From: Reclinomonas americana ATCC 50394
Taxonomy: Eukaryota
NCBI GenBank assembly: GCA_048213135.1
Contig: PS015248.1
Span: 29,168-64,021 of the forward strand
Direction: 5' to 3'
DNA: 34,854 nucleotides
In this document: one piece after another, positions 1 to 11,300 of the stretch
How the letters are laid out: the number at the start of each line of letters is the position of its first letter
How positions within the stretch are numbered: position 1 is the stretch's first letter
Translations under genes and position numbers: made by a program
The notes under the pieces: generated by a model
Told to the model about the DNA's origin: nothing
Database searches by the model: none
What the model saw: the letters and a program-made list of their open reading frames with translations, nothing else

Positions 1-257
1 TCTCTCTGTCTCTCGTTACCCTGACCACTCGCTCTTCCATCACTCTCCTTCTCCCAGCAAACACACATACACACACACGCTCACTCACTCTGCCTACGTG
101 CACTCAACTGCCACTCGTTTCTGTCTCTGTTTCCGATCGTGTTCTGCTTAACTATGCTCTCTCCCCGTTGCTCTCTCTCCACCCTTTGCTTCCTCCTTTG
201 CCCCTATCTCCCACTTTCCCTTCTATCCCCTTCTCACCCCCTTTCCCTATTTCCCAG

Positions 258-2064
258 AAAGCGCCGCCCACCCGGCACCCTCGACCTCGACACCTGGGAA
301 TCGGAGTCGTCGACCCTGACCGAAAAGGCCGCCGTTGCACCCCCCTCCGCCCGCGCACCCTCCTCTCTCAAGCCGCCGACGGCCACCGACGAGCCAGCAC
401 CACCGCCACCACCAACTCCAGCAACACCAGCAGCACCGCCTGCCGGTGACGCCGTCAAGGTCGTGGAGGAGGAGGCGAAAGAGAACACGGTCGCCCCGCC
501 TCCATCACCACCACCACCACGCCCATTCGTTTTCAAGTCGCCCACTTCTTCGCCACCCCCATCCCCACCCCCACCCCTTCTCCCTTTTACTCCCCCTTCC
601 ACCACCCCACCCCTCGCCGACGACCCACCCTCCTCCCTCCGCGGCTCGTCTCGTTCATCCCCCGCTGCGCCGGCACCGGCGGCAGAGAAGCCTGCGGCCG
701 ACGAGCCACCACCGCCACCGCTAATCTACGACATTCCCACCGATCTGCCGTACTCGATTACGCCCGGCCGTCGCGGTCACCGCATCAGCAACTGGGTGCA
801 CCAGATGGACGAGGTGTACGAGGGCGGCGGGTTGTGGCAGCGGCACGCCGAGGCCATGCACGACTTGGCGAGTGAGGATCGCATGCCGTCGACCGAGGTT
901 CCGACGGTGGAGATGCAGGAGACGGACCACGTGCAGAATCCGCCGGTGGTGCGCATTCAGAATGTGGCGCGCGGCAACTACTGCATGCGCGACCTGAACG
1001 GCGAGCGGTTCGTGCAAGTGGCGCCGAGTCGCAACGTCTCCGGCCGGCGACACATTCACCTGCACTTGACGTTCGACGACGGGCCGAATCTGTACACGAC
1101 GCCGGTGCTGCTCGACATTCTCAAGAAGCACGGCGTGCGCGCCACGTTCTTCTGGGTCGGCGCCAATTTGGCCAAGACACCCGCCGAGATCATTCACCGC
1201 GTGATTCGCGAGGGCCACTTTATCGCCTCGCACACATTCGGGCACGTGCATCTGCCGCAGGTGCCGCTGGCGACGGCGGAGAAGCAAATGCTGTGGACGG
1301 AGCAGGCGATTGAGAAGCTGACCGGTCGTCAGCCGTACATTATGCGAGCGCCGTACGGTGAGGTGAGCAAGGGCATTCACAACGCGCTGGTGGATCGCGG
1401 CTACATGATGATGGGCTGGGACATGGACACGAGTGACTGGCAGCACAAGACGCCCGACAAGGTGTTTGAGGCGCTGAAGACGGCGGCGCGGCTGAAGGAG
1501 TCGGCCTTTGTGCTGATGCACGAGTACATGCACACCACCATTAGCATGGAGCGCTCGCTCGAGTTCCTCATTCAGCGCGGCGTGGAGGTGTTGCCGCTGG
1601 AGGCGTTTTTGTTGCCGGAGGAGCGGCAGTATCTGTACGACGCGCTGGAGTGTGCCGACATGGAGGAGGACCATCTGTACGCCTTCCAATGCGAGCTGCT
1701 GGCGGTGAATCCGGACGACCCCACCGGTCTCAATCAGCTGCGCATGCAACACGAGCACGAGCCGCCCGCCGACGAAATCATGCACTACCGCGTGCCCATT
1801 GACGATGCGCGGCCGGCCACACCAGCACCAGCCCCACCGCCACCATCCCCGCCACCACCACCACCGCCATCAAGTATGGAGACACCGCCGGCTGCCAGCA
1901 GCACTGTTCAGTCGACACCACCATCGTCACCATCCACCGAGGACGCATCTGCTCCGCGTGTCCTGTCGGCGGCCAGTCGTGCCAAGGCGGCGGCGCTGGC
2001 GGCGGCACTAGCTGCGGCCTCTCAGTCCTCCAAGGTCGACGCCGAGTACGTCGGCAACAAGTAA
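258..2064 (+). CDS. Polysaccharide deacetylase (CE4/NodB homology domain) flanked by Pro-rich low-complexity regions; last exon of a 5'-partial gene
   Basis: All five CE4 motifs in order: LTFDDGP (~1066-1086), SHTFGH, RAPYG, DTSDW, LMHE. The ORF-track N-terminus (139-257) is a CT-rich tract ending in ttcccAG at 257, i.e. an intron acceptor. Stop TAA ends at 2064. Confidence 0.9.
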
Positions 2065-2131
2065 TTGTTTAAGCGTGAAGAAGAAAATGAATTATTGTGT
2101 TTTGAAAGCGGCATGGCTTTAATGTGCATTT

Positions 2132-5100
2132 TTATGTTTCCGGATAGTGCTTCAGACGGTACAGCGGCACCTGACCCTTGTCGTTGCCGACGGCCAGCAG
2201 ACCCGAATGCGGCGAAAACTCCATGCACTCAATGTGCTTGAGCGGCGTCTTGCTCGTCGGCCAGTTGGCAAACACCGTGTACGACGGCACGTGAATCTGC
2301 CACCACCCCCGCCAGTGAGCTACTGCTCTGAAGAGTGTGCACACAACAGTCAACGCAACGAGCTTGAGGGTGTCCTTCTTCACGCGCGAGGCCGCCGCCA
2401 AAATCTGATCGTCGTGATTGTACATCAGGCTCGTCACGTCGGTGGTGATGTTCATGATCGAGTGCGTGGGCGTCAGCATCTGTCCGCTCGACGAGGCCAG
2501 CGGCTCCGGCAGATTCGAGTCGTAAATGTTCACCACGCCCATGTTGGAGCCGACGGCAAAGGCCGAGGAGGTGGAGGAGCAGGCCAGTTTCGAGCAGCGT
2601 TGCATGGACTCGTCGTAGTGTCTCCACACGCATTTGCGTGATTTGCGGAGGTCCCACAGGTAGATCTCGCCCTGTCGAGGATAGGGGGAGGAGGTGAGAT
2701 AAATAGAGGGAAAGAGGGGAAGTGGGGAGGGTGGGGAAGGGGAAGGGGAGAGGAGGATAGACAGGAGATAGAGAGGGAGAGATACGCACAAATAAGCAAG
2801 AGAGACAGAAGACGCGGACAGAGAAACAGAGAGACGAAACTCTCGCTGTGATTCCCAGTCTCTCACTTTGTATCCCACTGTAACTCGGGCCCAATATAGA
2901 GAAAGGCAGAGATACAGAGATAAAAAGACACCTAGACACGGATTGCAACAACATCACGAGACGCATGATTCAGAGACAAGAGAGGCACAAAGGAAAGCTT
3001 GAAGGACATGGTCTTTCGATCTCCATCTCTGTCCCTCTGCATCACTCTTTGTCTCTCGAATGACAGACACAGATGGTGAGGCATGCAACAACATCAAGAG
3101 ACGATACGTTTCAGAGACATGAGAGGCACAACAGTGAGTTTGAGCGACATGGTCTATCAATCTCCATCTCTGTCACTCCGCATCACTCTTCGCCTCTCGA
3201 ATGACAGACACAGGTGGCGAGATATGCAACAATATCACGAGACGATACGTTTCAGAGACAAGAGAGGCACAAAAGTGAGTTTGAGCGACATGGTCTTTCG
3301 ATCTCCATCTCTCTCTTATGTCCCTCCGCATCTCTTCACTCTTTGCCTCTCGAAGGACAGACACAGATGAAGAGATATGCAGAGTAACCGCGAGCGGCAC
3401 AGACAGAGATACTGCTAGAAGACGAGAGACAGAGACTAACTTCTCTCTGCAGCTTCCTGTCTCGCGCTATGCATCGAATCACAGATGCAGGTTGAGAAAA
3501 ACACAACGCAAAGCGAACATAAAGAGTGACACAATAGATGTCAACAATGAAGCTCACAGTCGTCTCCCCTTCCATTCCTTTCCCCTCCATCCCCTTCCCC
3601 CTCTATCTCTTCCCCTTCACCCCCTTCCCCTTTTCGCACCGAGTCCGACAACGTGGTCACCGAGTTTCCATCAGCCCCAAACGACACATCCGTCACACCC
3701 GTGTTGAGGAGCAGACTGCCGACAAACTGCTTGGTCTTGTTCGACGCCAACAACACACTGCCACCAATGCCGTGGAACGCCAGCAACTGTCCGTCGCGAG
3801 AGTAGTGGAACGATTCGTAGCTCTTTTCCTTGCGACCTGCACACGAAAATGAATAAGCCGTGTGGATCGCATGGCACAGTTTGTCTCTCTCTCACACACA
3901 CTCTAGGTGAGAAGGGGGGAGAGAAAGGCGGAGGGATGGGAGGTGTGAATGACAGGGGTGCGTGTGGCAAAGAGGTTGTTGGTTGTTGTGTCTCTTTCTT
4001 GTTTCTCTCTTGTGTCGTGTGAGAATCGTTGCTTTGGGTTTCAACTCTCTCTCTCTCCCTCTCCCCCCCCTCCTCTCTCTCCTTGCGCACACACGTAACT
4101 CTCTCTGTCTCCCCNNNNNNNNNNNNNNNNNNNNNNNNNNNNNNNNNNNNNNNNNNNNNNNNNNNNNNNNNNNNNNNNNNNNNNNNNNNNNNNNNNNNNN
4201 NNNNNNNNNNNNNNNNNNNNNNNNNNNNNNNNNNNNNNNNNNNNNNNNNNNNNNNNNNNNNNNNNNNNNNNNNNNNNNNNNNNNNNNNNNNNNNNNNNNN
4301 NNNNNNNNNNNNNNNNNNNNNNNNNNNNNNNNNNNNNNNNNNNNNNNNNNNNNNNNNNNNNNNNNNNNNNNNNNNNNNNNNNNNNNNNNNNNNNNNNNNN
4401 NNNNNNNNNNNNNNNNNNNNNNNNNNNNNNNNNNNNNNNNNNNNNNNNNNNNNNNNNNNNNNNNNNNNNNNNNNNNNNNNNNNNNNNNNNNNNNNNNNNN
4501 NNNNNNNNNNNNNNNNNNNNNNNNNNNNNNNNNNNNNNNNNNNNNNNNNNNNNNNNNNNNNNNNNNNNNNNNNNNNNNNNNNNNNNNNNNNNNNNNNNNN
4601 NNNNNNNNNNNNNNNNNNNNNNNNNNNNNNNNNNNNNNNNNNNNNNNNNNNNNNNNNNNNNNNNNNNNNNNNNNNNNNNNNNNNNNNNNNNNNNNNNNNN
4701 NNNNNNNNNNNNNNNNNNNNNNNNNNNNNNNNNNNNNNNNNNNNNNNNNNNNNNNNNNNNNNNNNNNNNNNNNNNNNNNNNNNNNNNNNNNNNNNNNNNN
4801 NNNNNNNNNNNNNNNNNNNNNNNNNNNNNNNNNNNNNNNNNNNNNNNNNNNNNNNNNNNNNNNNNNNNNNNNNNNNNNNNNNNNNNNNNNNNNNNNNNNN
4901 NNNNNNNNNNNNNNNNNNNNNNNNNNNNNNNNNNNNNNNNNNNNNNNNNNNNNNNNNNNNNNNNNNNNNNNNNNNNNNNNNNNNNNNNNNNNNNNNNNNN
5001 NNNNNNNNNNNNNNNNNNNNNNNNNNNNNNNNNNNNNNNNNNNNNNNNNNNNNNNNNCGATTGCGCACACACGCACCAGCGAAACCCTCAATGCGCGTCG

Positions 5101-6859
5101 CCTGCCCAGTGGGCACGTCAAACACGTAAAAGTACGCTCGTCGACCGGCCACGACAATCTCGTTGCCGTCGGGTGAGAACGCGGCCGAGAGCGGCGGCAT
5201 GTCGTCAAACAGCACCGAGTGGATGCGCGGATTGGTGGCGCCGTCAATCTGGAACATGCGCAACCTCTTGTCGAGCGACGCCGTCAGCAGCACCGGTGCC
5301 GTGGGGTGGAAGTTGATGGACTTGATGGCCTGTCAAACAAAACAATGGTCAGTTCACCTTTCTTTTGTTGCGTGGGGAGATTGACGGCGGCGCAACTCCC
5401 TGCGCTGGATCCGAGCAGTTGGCGTGACGCAGCGACAAGACGCCAATCGAGTACGTCGGCAGTCGCTCGCTCTGCATGCGCATTCGCATCGTCGACGAGC
5501 CAAACGACACCGCACCCGCCACATCGTCCGCCTCCCCCTCCTCGTCCTCGTCATCACTGTCGACCACGGCTCCGCGGGCGGACGGATCCGGCATCGCCGC
5601 CCACGCCGTGCTCTTGTTCAGACCCTCGTGGCTACACGCCTCGCATAAGACGATGATGCAAAGTAGACATGTGCGAAACAGGAAAAAAAGAGACGCAACA
5701 CTTTGCGCAATCGCTTCTGATACTCCTCGCCCGACACCGTGCTCTCCTCGTGCGCCTGTCGCAGCTTGCGCAATCGCGACGTCTTCTGAATCTCCACTCG
5801 CAACGCTGCGTCGTCTTCGTCGTGCCACACCGCCTCCATCGCCACCACCCTGCCATCCTCCTCCTCCTCCTCCTCGTCGTCTGCAGCCTCCTCTTTCTTC
5901 GTCTCTACCTTGACGGAATCATCATCCGAGTCCTCGTCAACTTCATCGCCGTCGGTCCACACTGCACTCGCCTTCTCACTCGCCTGGTCGACCTTGCGTC
6001 GCTTCCGCGAGGCAGTCACGGTCTGCGAGGGGAGAGAGAGAGAGGACAGTCAGAAGGGAGGAGAAGGGAGGAAGATGAAAGAGACGGAGAATGCAGAAGC
6101 AGAAGAAGGAGAGAGAGAGGAGGGAGGGAGGAGAAGAAGGTTGCAGAAGCATAGCAAGAACACCGAAAGCTAGAGGACCACGAGTGAGAAGACAGAGAAG
6201 AAGACGAGGAAGAAGAAGAAAGAACAAGGAGAACAACAATGACAAGACGAGAAGAAGAGGGGGAGGAGGAGAAGATGACGAAGAACAACAACAACAACGA
6301 GAACAACGAGAGGGACAAGAACACGAGGAGGAAACAGAAGAAAGGAGCACAAGAGGAACAACAACAACAACAAGAAGAAGAGAGTATGGCAGATGCCGAA
6401 GAAAAGAAGAGGATGAGGAGAAGAAGAGCAATAGCAAGAACACGGTGAAGAAGACACAGAAGAAGAAGACTGAGAGTTGCATACAACAGAAGCTCAACGA
6501 ACACACAGAGGCACAGAGGCTCATTCTCCCTTTCTGCATCTCTCTCAATGTTAACTCACCTCCTGCTCCTCCCCATCACTCGGCACCCCGCCCTCGCCAA
6601 ACAACAACTCCTCCAACTCCAACTCCTCCGCATCCGGCTCATGAAACTCGGGTCGCTGTCTCCCTCCTCCTTGCGCCTGCTCGTGCACATTCACATCAAC
6701 AGCAACATGCCCGCCCTTCTTCCCCTTCTTCCCGCCCTTCTTCTTCTTCGTCTTGCTCTTCTCCTGCGACACAGTGCCCGACGCTGCCGCCTTGGCAATC
6801 AGAGAGGCTGCTGGGGATGAGCGACGGCGACGTTTGCCTGCGCTATCGACACGAAACAT
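2132..6859 (-). CDS. UTP18: U3 snoRNA-associated protein 18 (WD40, SSU processome), 7 exons
   Basis: Inferred exons 6859-6560, 6022-5700, 5631-5397, 5329-5077, 3836-3640, 2671-2360 and ~2296-2132. They give UTP18-typical motifs ELEELLFG, WHDEDD..V....RLRKLR.....VSGEEYQKRLR, HAN..P...AIKSINFHP..VLLTASLDKRLRMFQIDG..NP, and C-terminal LKLIHVPSYTVFANWPT..TPL..CMEFSPHSGLLAVGNDKGQVPLYRLKHY. Confidence 0.93.
2944..3380. repeat. Diverged tandem repeat, 3 units of ~140 bp, inside a UTP18 intron
   Basis: Units begin tgcaacaa(c/t)atca at 2944, 3084 and 3225. They share ttcagagac, gacatggtct..c.atctccatctct and ctctcgaa.gacagacacag. Confidence 0.9.
6023..6559. repeat. Purine-rich GAA/GAG/CAA low-complexity tract forming UTP18 intron 1
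   Basis: Runs of gaagaa/caacaa bounded on the - strand by a GTGAG donor (6559) and a CAG acceptor (6025-6023). Confidence 0.75.
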
Positions 6860-6899
6860 TTGCAAGACACGGGCGAGCCACTGTCCACGCGATTGGCCA

Positions 6900-7093
6900 C
6901 TGTCCCATTCACACGCACGTTTCGTACTTGTGTGTGTGTGTGTGTGGTGTGAGTACGCGCTGTGTTGCTTTGTCTCTGTGAGTGTGTGACAAGTCGGTCA
7001 ACCGCACACGATTTGCGTATTTCGCGCGCGCGCTCCTTTGATAAGCGTGGATGATCATACGCTCACCAAGAGTCACCACTCACGCTCTCTCTT
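6900..7093 (+). repeat. Direct repeat copy A of the UTP18/KATNIP promoter plus KATNIP exon 1 (start codons lost)
   Basis: gtgtgtgacaagtc(g/a)gtcaaccgcacacgatttgcgtatttcgcgcgcgcgctcct...ggatgatca.acgc.caccaagagt.accactca is shared with 8149-8395. Confidence 0.85.
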
Positions 7094-7992
7094 GAGGTAT
7101 GCAAGCAGGCTCTCTATCGACGCAGGGTTTCCAAAAACGAAATCGAGTTTGGTCTCCTCGTCCTCAGCGACATCAAGTGGACTGCCGCTTGGGCTCGCTG
7201 GCGATGAGACGCTCCAGTCCGTTTCACTGTCTTCTTGCCACATCATCGCCCACTGACCTCCCAAGTTGCGCACAATGCTTGTACTATGTGCTATTGAGCG
7301 TGAGCCAGAGCCATTCGAGCCCGCTTGTGCTGTTCCTGCTTGGCTGGAGAAGAAGACATTGGCCTGACGAACGGCGAAGGCGCACCGGAGCACGCAAACA
7401 AACCTTTCACGTCTGCAACGGGCACGCCAAGGAATGATGTAACAGCATCAATCTTCTCCTCTTCAGTCGTCAGCGAGACAGCGGGGAGCGCACTGATGCG
7501 ACGCTCCAGCGCTGCAGCACGCTCCGCTCGCATCGCACGGACAACATCCTCGCTGACAACATCCTCAGTGTCAGGCACACTCGGTTCGGAGGGCGTAGTC
7601 CCTGCACGAGCGACTTGGGGCTGGGGCTGACCGGCGGCTGGCCAAAGTGTGCTGCTGTTGAAGTTGATGAAGTCGAAGTCCCAATCGGGTCCACCAGCAA
7701 GCGAACCCTGCTTTTCACACACACGCACAAGACGCAGACGAAGCACCAGAGTGGTGACCTGGCCTAGACTGAAAAGCGGCGTTTCGTCATCGCGTTTCAA
7801 CGACTGCAAGCAGCGAGCGGCGTGGTGGAGAAGGCCAATGTTGCTCAGCATCACAAGATCAAAGAAGCGAACGTGGTTGGCGCACATCACGCCCGCGATG
7901 GCCTCTACATCGACGGGGCCCAGGCAGCTCAGGAAGAAGCGCAGTGGCTCAGCCTCGTAGTCGGCGAAAGGGTTCAATGAGATGTCAGCCAT
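7094..7992 (-). pseudogene. Orphan or truncated gene fragment (possible SAM-like N-terminus) inserted between the direct repeats
   Basis: Protein-like ORF MADISLNPF...LRFFLSCLGPVDVEAIAGVMCANHVRFFDLVMLS...FSLGQVTTLVLRLR (7992-7291). A second protein-like frame, ...LDFVFGNPASIESLLAYLK, runs straight into repeat copy A. No family is confidently recognised. Confidence 0.4.
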
Positions 7993-8148
7993 GGCCGCGA
8001 GCCGAGTTCTTGTGCTCTGCATACCGATCACACGCTCGTGAGCTGATACACCAAGAAAGCGGGAGGGAGTGGATGTTACTCAGACCAAGACGCGATGATT
8101 GGATTTTCGAATTCATCTACAGTGGCGGGAGAGTCACTGTCCGCAATT

Positions 8149-8395
8149 TGTCCCATTAAACACCACATTCGCACTCCACGCGCACTTTCGCCACAGAGTG
8201 TGTGATTGTGTGTGTGCGTGTGTGCGTGTTTGTGAGAGCACGCGTGTCGCGTTGATTCGTCTCTCTCTGTGTGTGACAAGTCAGTCAACCGCACACGATT
8301 TGCGTATTTCGCGCGCGCGCTCCTCACACACACACGCTTTGATGAGCATGGATGATCAAACGCCCACCAAGAGTTACCACTCATGCGCTCTCTCA
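8149..8395 (+). promoter_or_regulatory. Direct repeat copy B: putative KATNIP promoter and first coding exon
   Basis: Same block as 6900-7093 but with intact ATG AGC ATG (8342). It contains TTTCGCGC (8307-8314, E2F-site-like) followed by (GC)n. Confidence 0.6.
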
Positions 8396-11300
8396 TACAC
8401 ACAACACACAAAGCAGCTTTGTCATCGCCTGTGCGTGTGTTTGTTGTGTTGTTTTCAGATGGGCGAGGACCGCGGCGACAGTGGAGCAAGCCGACTCTGC
8501 AGGAGCCCATGGCGCCTCCTGTGGCACAGCCGACTGCTATGACTCGTGGCTATGTTGCGCCTCTTTTCCCCCTTTTTTGTGTACGAACTCCACTCTCGCA
8601 GTGGTCTTGGCAATCAACTGACGCTGTCTCTCTGTCTCTCGTGCGCGTTCTCTCTCGCTCTCTCTCTCTTTGGCTGTCGCTGTCTCTCGGCGGTGATCAC
8701 TCGTTGTCCATTCCTTCTTATCACATCTTCAGTCACGATCGTGATCACTTCGTCTCCATGGCGTGCTCTTGACCTTTTCGCTCCTTCTCTCTCTCTCTCT
8801 CTCNNNNNNNNNNNNNNNNNNNNNNNNNNNNNNNNNNNNNNNNNNNNNNNNNNNNNNNNNNNNNNNNNNNNNNNNNNNNNNNNNNNNNNNNNNNNNNNNN
8901 NNNNNNNNNNNNNNNNNNNNNNNNNNNNNNNNNNNNNNNNNNNNNNNNNNNNNNNNNNNNNNNNNNNNNNNNNNNNNNNNNNNNNNNNNNNNNNNNNNNN
9001 NNNNNNNNNNNNNNNNNNNNNNNNNNNNNNNNNNNNNNNNNNNNNNNNNNNNNNNNNNNNNNNNNNNNNNNNNNNNNNNNNNNNNNNNNNNNNNNNNNNN
9101 NNNNNNNNNNNNNNNNNNNNNNNNNNNNNNNNNNNNNNNNNNNNNNNNNNNNNNNNNNNNNNNNNNNNNNNNNNNNNNNNNNNNNNNNNNNNNNNNNNNN
9201 NNNNNNNNNNNNNNNNNNNNNNNNNNNNNNNNNNNNNNNNNNNNNNNNNNNNNNNNNNNNNNNNNNNNNNNNNNNNNNNNNNNNNNNNNNNNNNNNNNNN
9301 NNNNNNNNNNNNNNNNNNNNNNNNNNNNNNNNNNNNNNNNNNNNNNNNNNNNNNNNNNNNNNNNNNNNNNNNNNNNNNNNNNNNNNNNNNNNNNNNNNNN
9401 NNNNNNNNNNNNNNNNNNNNNNNNNNNNNNNNNNNNNNNNNNNNNNNNNNNNNNNNNNNNNNNNNNNNNNNNNNNNNNNNNNNNNNNNNNNNNNNNNNNN
9501 NNNNNNNNNNNNNNNNNNNNNNNNNNNNNNNNNNNNNNNNNNNTTCCCCTTTCACCCCCTCACCAGGAGGACGTGGACCCCGGCCACGCCGAATACCTCG
9601 CCAGCCTGCAAGCCCGCAACCGCCAGCTACGCGCCCTCCGCGAGGCGCAGGAGACGGACGCGGATCGAGCGATGCGCGAGCGGGAGCGGCGATTCGAGGT
9701 GTTCCTGTCGGGCGCGAACAAGAGTCGGCTAAAAGGCGGCACAACCAAGGTGCCACCACCGCCGCCGTCGCGTGGTGGGACGGCTGGTGGAGGAAAGAGT
9801 CGATCGGGCGACGAGAGCGATGGCGCGGAGCAGAGAAAGGCGCGACGCAAGTCGTGGAACAAGGTGCGGTCGTCATCGTTCTTGTCTCCTCCCCCTGAAT
9901 TGCTTGCTGATTTTCGAGCAACGAATAGCCGGGCGCTGGTGCTGCTGCTGTGGCGAGTACCGCGGGAGGCAAAGGCGGCCGCGCGGCCGGCAGCGGCTCC
10001 AAGGCCGGCAAGGACGTTCACATTCGTCGTCACGGCGACGAGGAGGACGTCGAGGCCGACGCCGATGATGAGGACAATGCTGGTCGGTCTCACTCGTTTG
10101 CTCCCTTCCCTTTTNNNNNNNNNNNNNNNNNNNNNNNNNNNNNNNNNNNNNNNNNNNNNNNNNNNNNNNNNNNNNNNNNNNNNNNNNNNNNNNNNNNNNN
10201 NNNNNNNNNNNNNNNNNNNNNCGCCACTGACGCAAGCTCTCGCGCAGGTACTTGAAGTCGTCGCGTGTGAGACTCGCATTCAACTCACTCACATCACCGA
10301 ATCCATCATCATCATCATCATCGCCGCCGCCATCATCATCACCATCGTCGTCACCTCCACCGCCACCACTGCCATCATCCCCATCCCCCTCATTGTCACC
10401 GCCATCGTCGTCGTCGTCACCGCCGGCGGCTGGCAGTCCGTGGCGGAGGCGGCTCATGGAGTCGCCCGCACCCCACTTTTTGCGCGCCATGGCCCTCTGC
10501 TCCTCTACTCTCTCGATGGCGGCCTCGGCGCGGGCGGAGATTTCTGGATCGTTGGGGGAGGCGAGCGCCTGCTGGGCGAGCAGTGCGGCCGCACGCTCCG
10601 ACGCCTCATATCTCGCCTGGTCCTCGTTCCACTGCGCCATGATCTCGTTGTACTCGTCCAGCAGCGAGTCGTCGCCCGTCTCATCACCGCCTGCGAAAAA
10701 TCAGAACATGCATNNNNNNNNNNNNNNNNNNNNACACGACTCGGGCGACTTGAATCGAGCCAGTGCGGACCCTGTGACCAGCAGCATCAGTGCAGCGGAT
10801 GATGATGATGACGACGATGACGATGACGATGATGATGACGCGAATCGTGCGGCCACGCCGCCGACCTTGGGTGGGATTCTCGACAGTGGTGAGTGAGCGA
10901 GATTTTGGCATCCATGCGTGTGTGTCACGCACTGATTAATCTTTGGCGCGGCGCAGCTGAGGCAGTCGTAGACGAGGACGTGGATGCAGGCTCGTCGCCG
11001 GCAGCTGACGATGAGGAGCCTGCGGTGGCTGCTCGGCGCACCGACATTCCGCTCAAGTTCCAGGGTGCCTTGTCGTCGGGGTCGGATTCTGCTGCGCTGC
11101 GCGTGCAGTCGTCGCCGCGCCCGTCGGCACGCACCGCCAAGGCCTCGACTCTTGCCACTCGACCCTTCACTCACGACGCCGACATGAAGTTGGAACTGAC
11201 TGGCCAGCGTGTGGCGGTACCGACTCGCGTTGCACCAGCAGCACCGGCACCAACTCCTCCGCCTGCGTCATCGGCGTCATCGACGGCCTCTGACGCAGCC

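Noticed and set aside
721-1785. 354-aa antisense ORF (and similar ones at 18989-19984 and 19467-20306)
   Set aside because: Shadows of GC3-rich sense codons with no recognisable motifs.
2944-3380. CRISPR-like array or coding repeat
   Set aside because: The units are contiguous, ~140 bp, have no unique spacers and lie in a eukaryotic intron.
5976-6548. Hydrophobic or charged low-complexity ORFs
   Set aside because: Translations of the GAA-rich UTP18 intron 1.
6900-8395. LTR retrotransposon/TRIM
   Set aside because: The repeats contain host KATNIP exon 1, lack clear TG...CA ends and a PBS, and the insert shows no gag/pol motifs.
8338-8400. Box C/D snoRNA (TGATGA at 8340)
   Set aside because: No matching box D or terminal stem; the TGATGA overlaps the KATNIP start codon.
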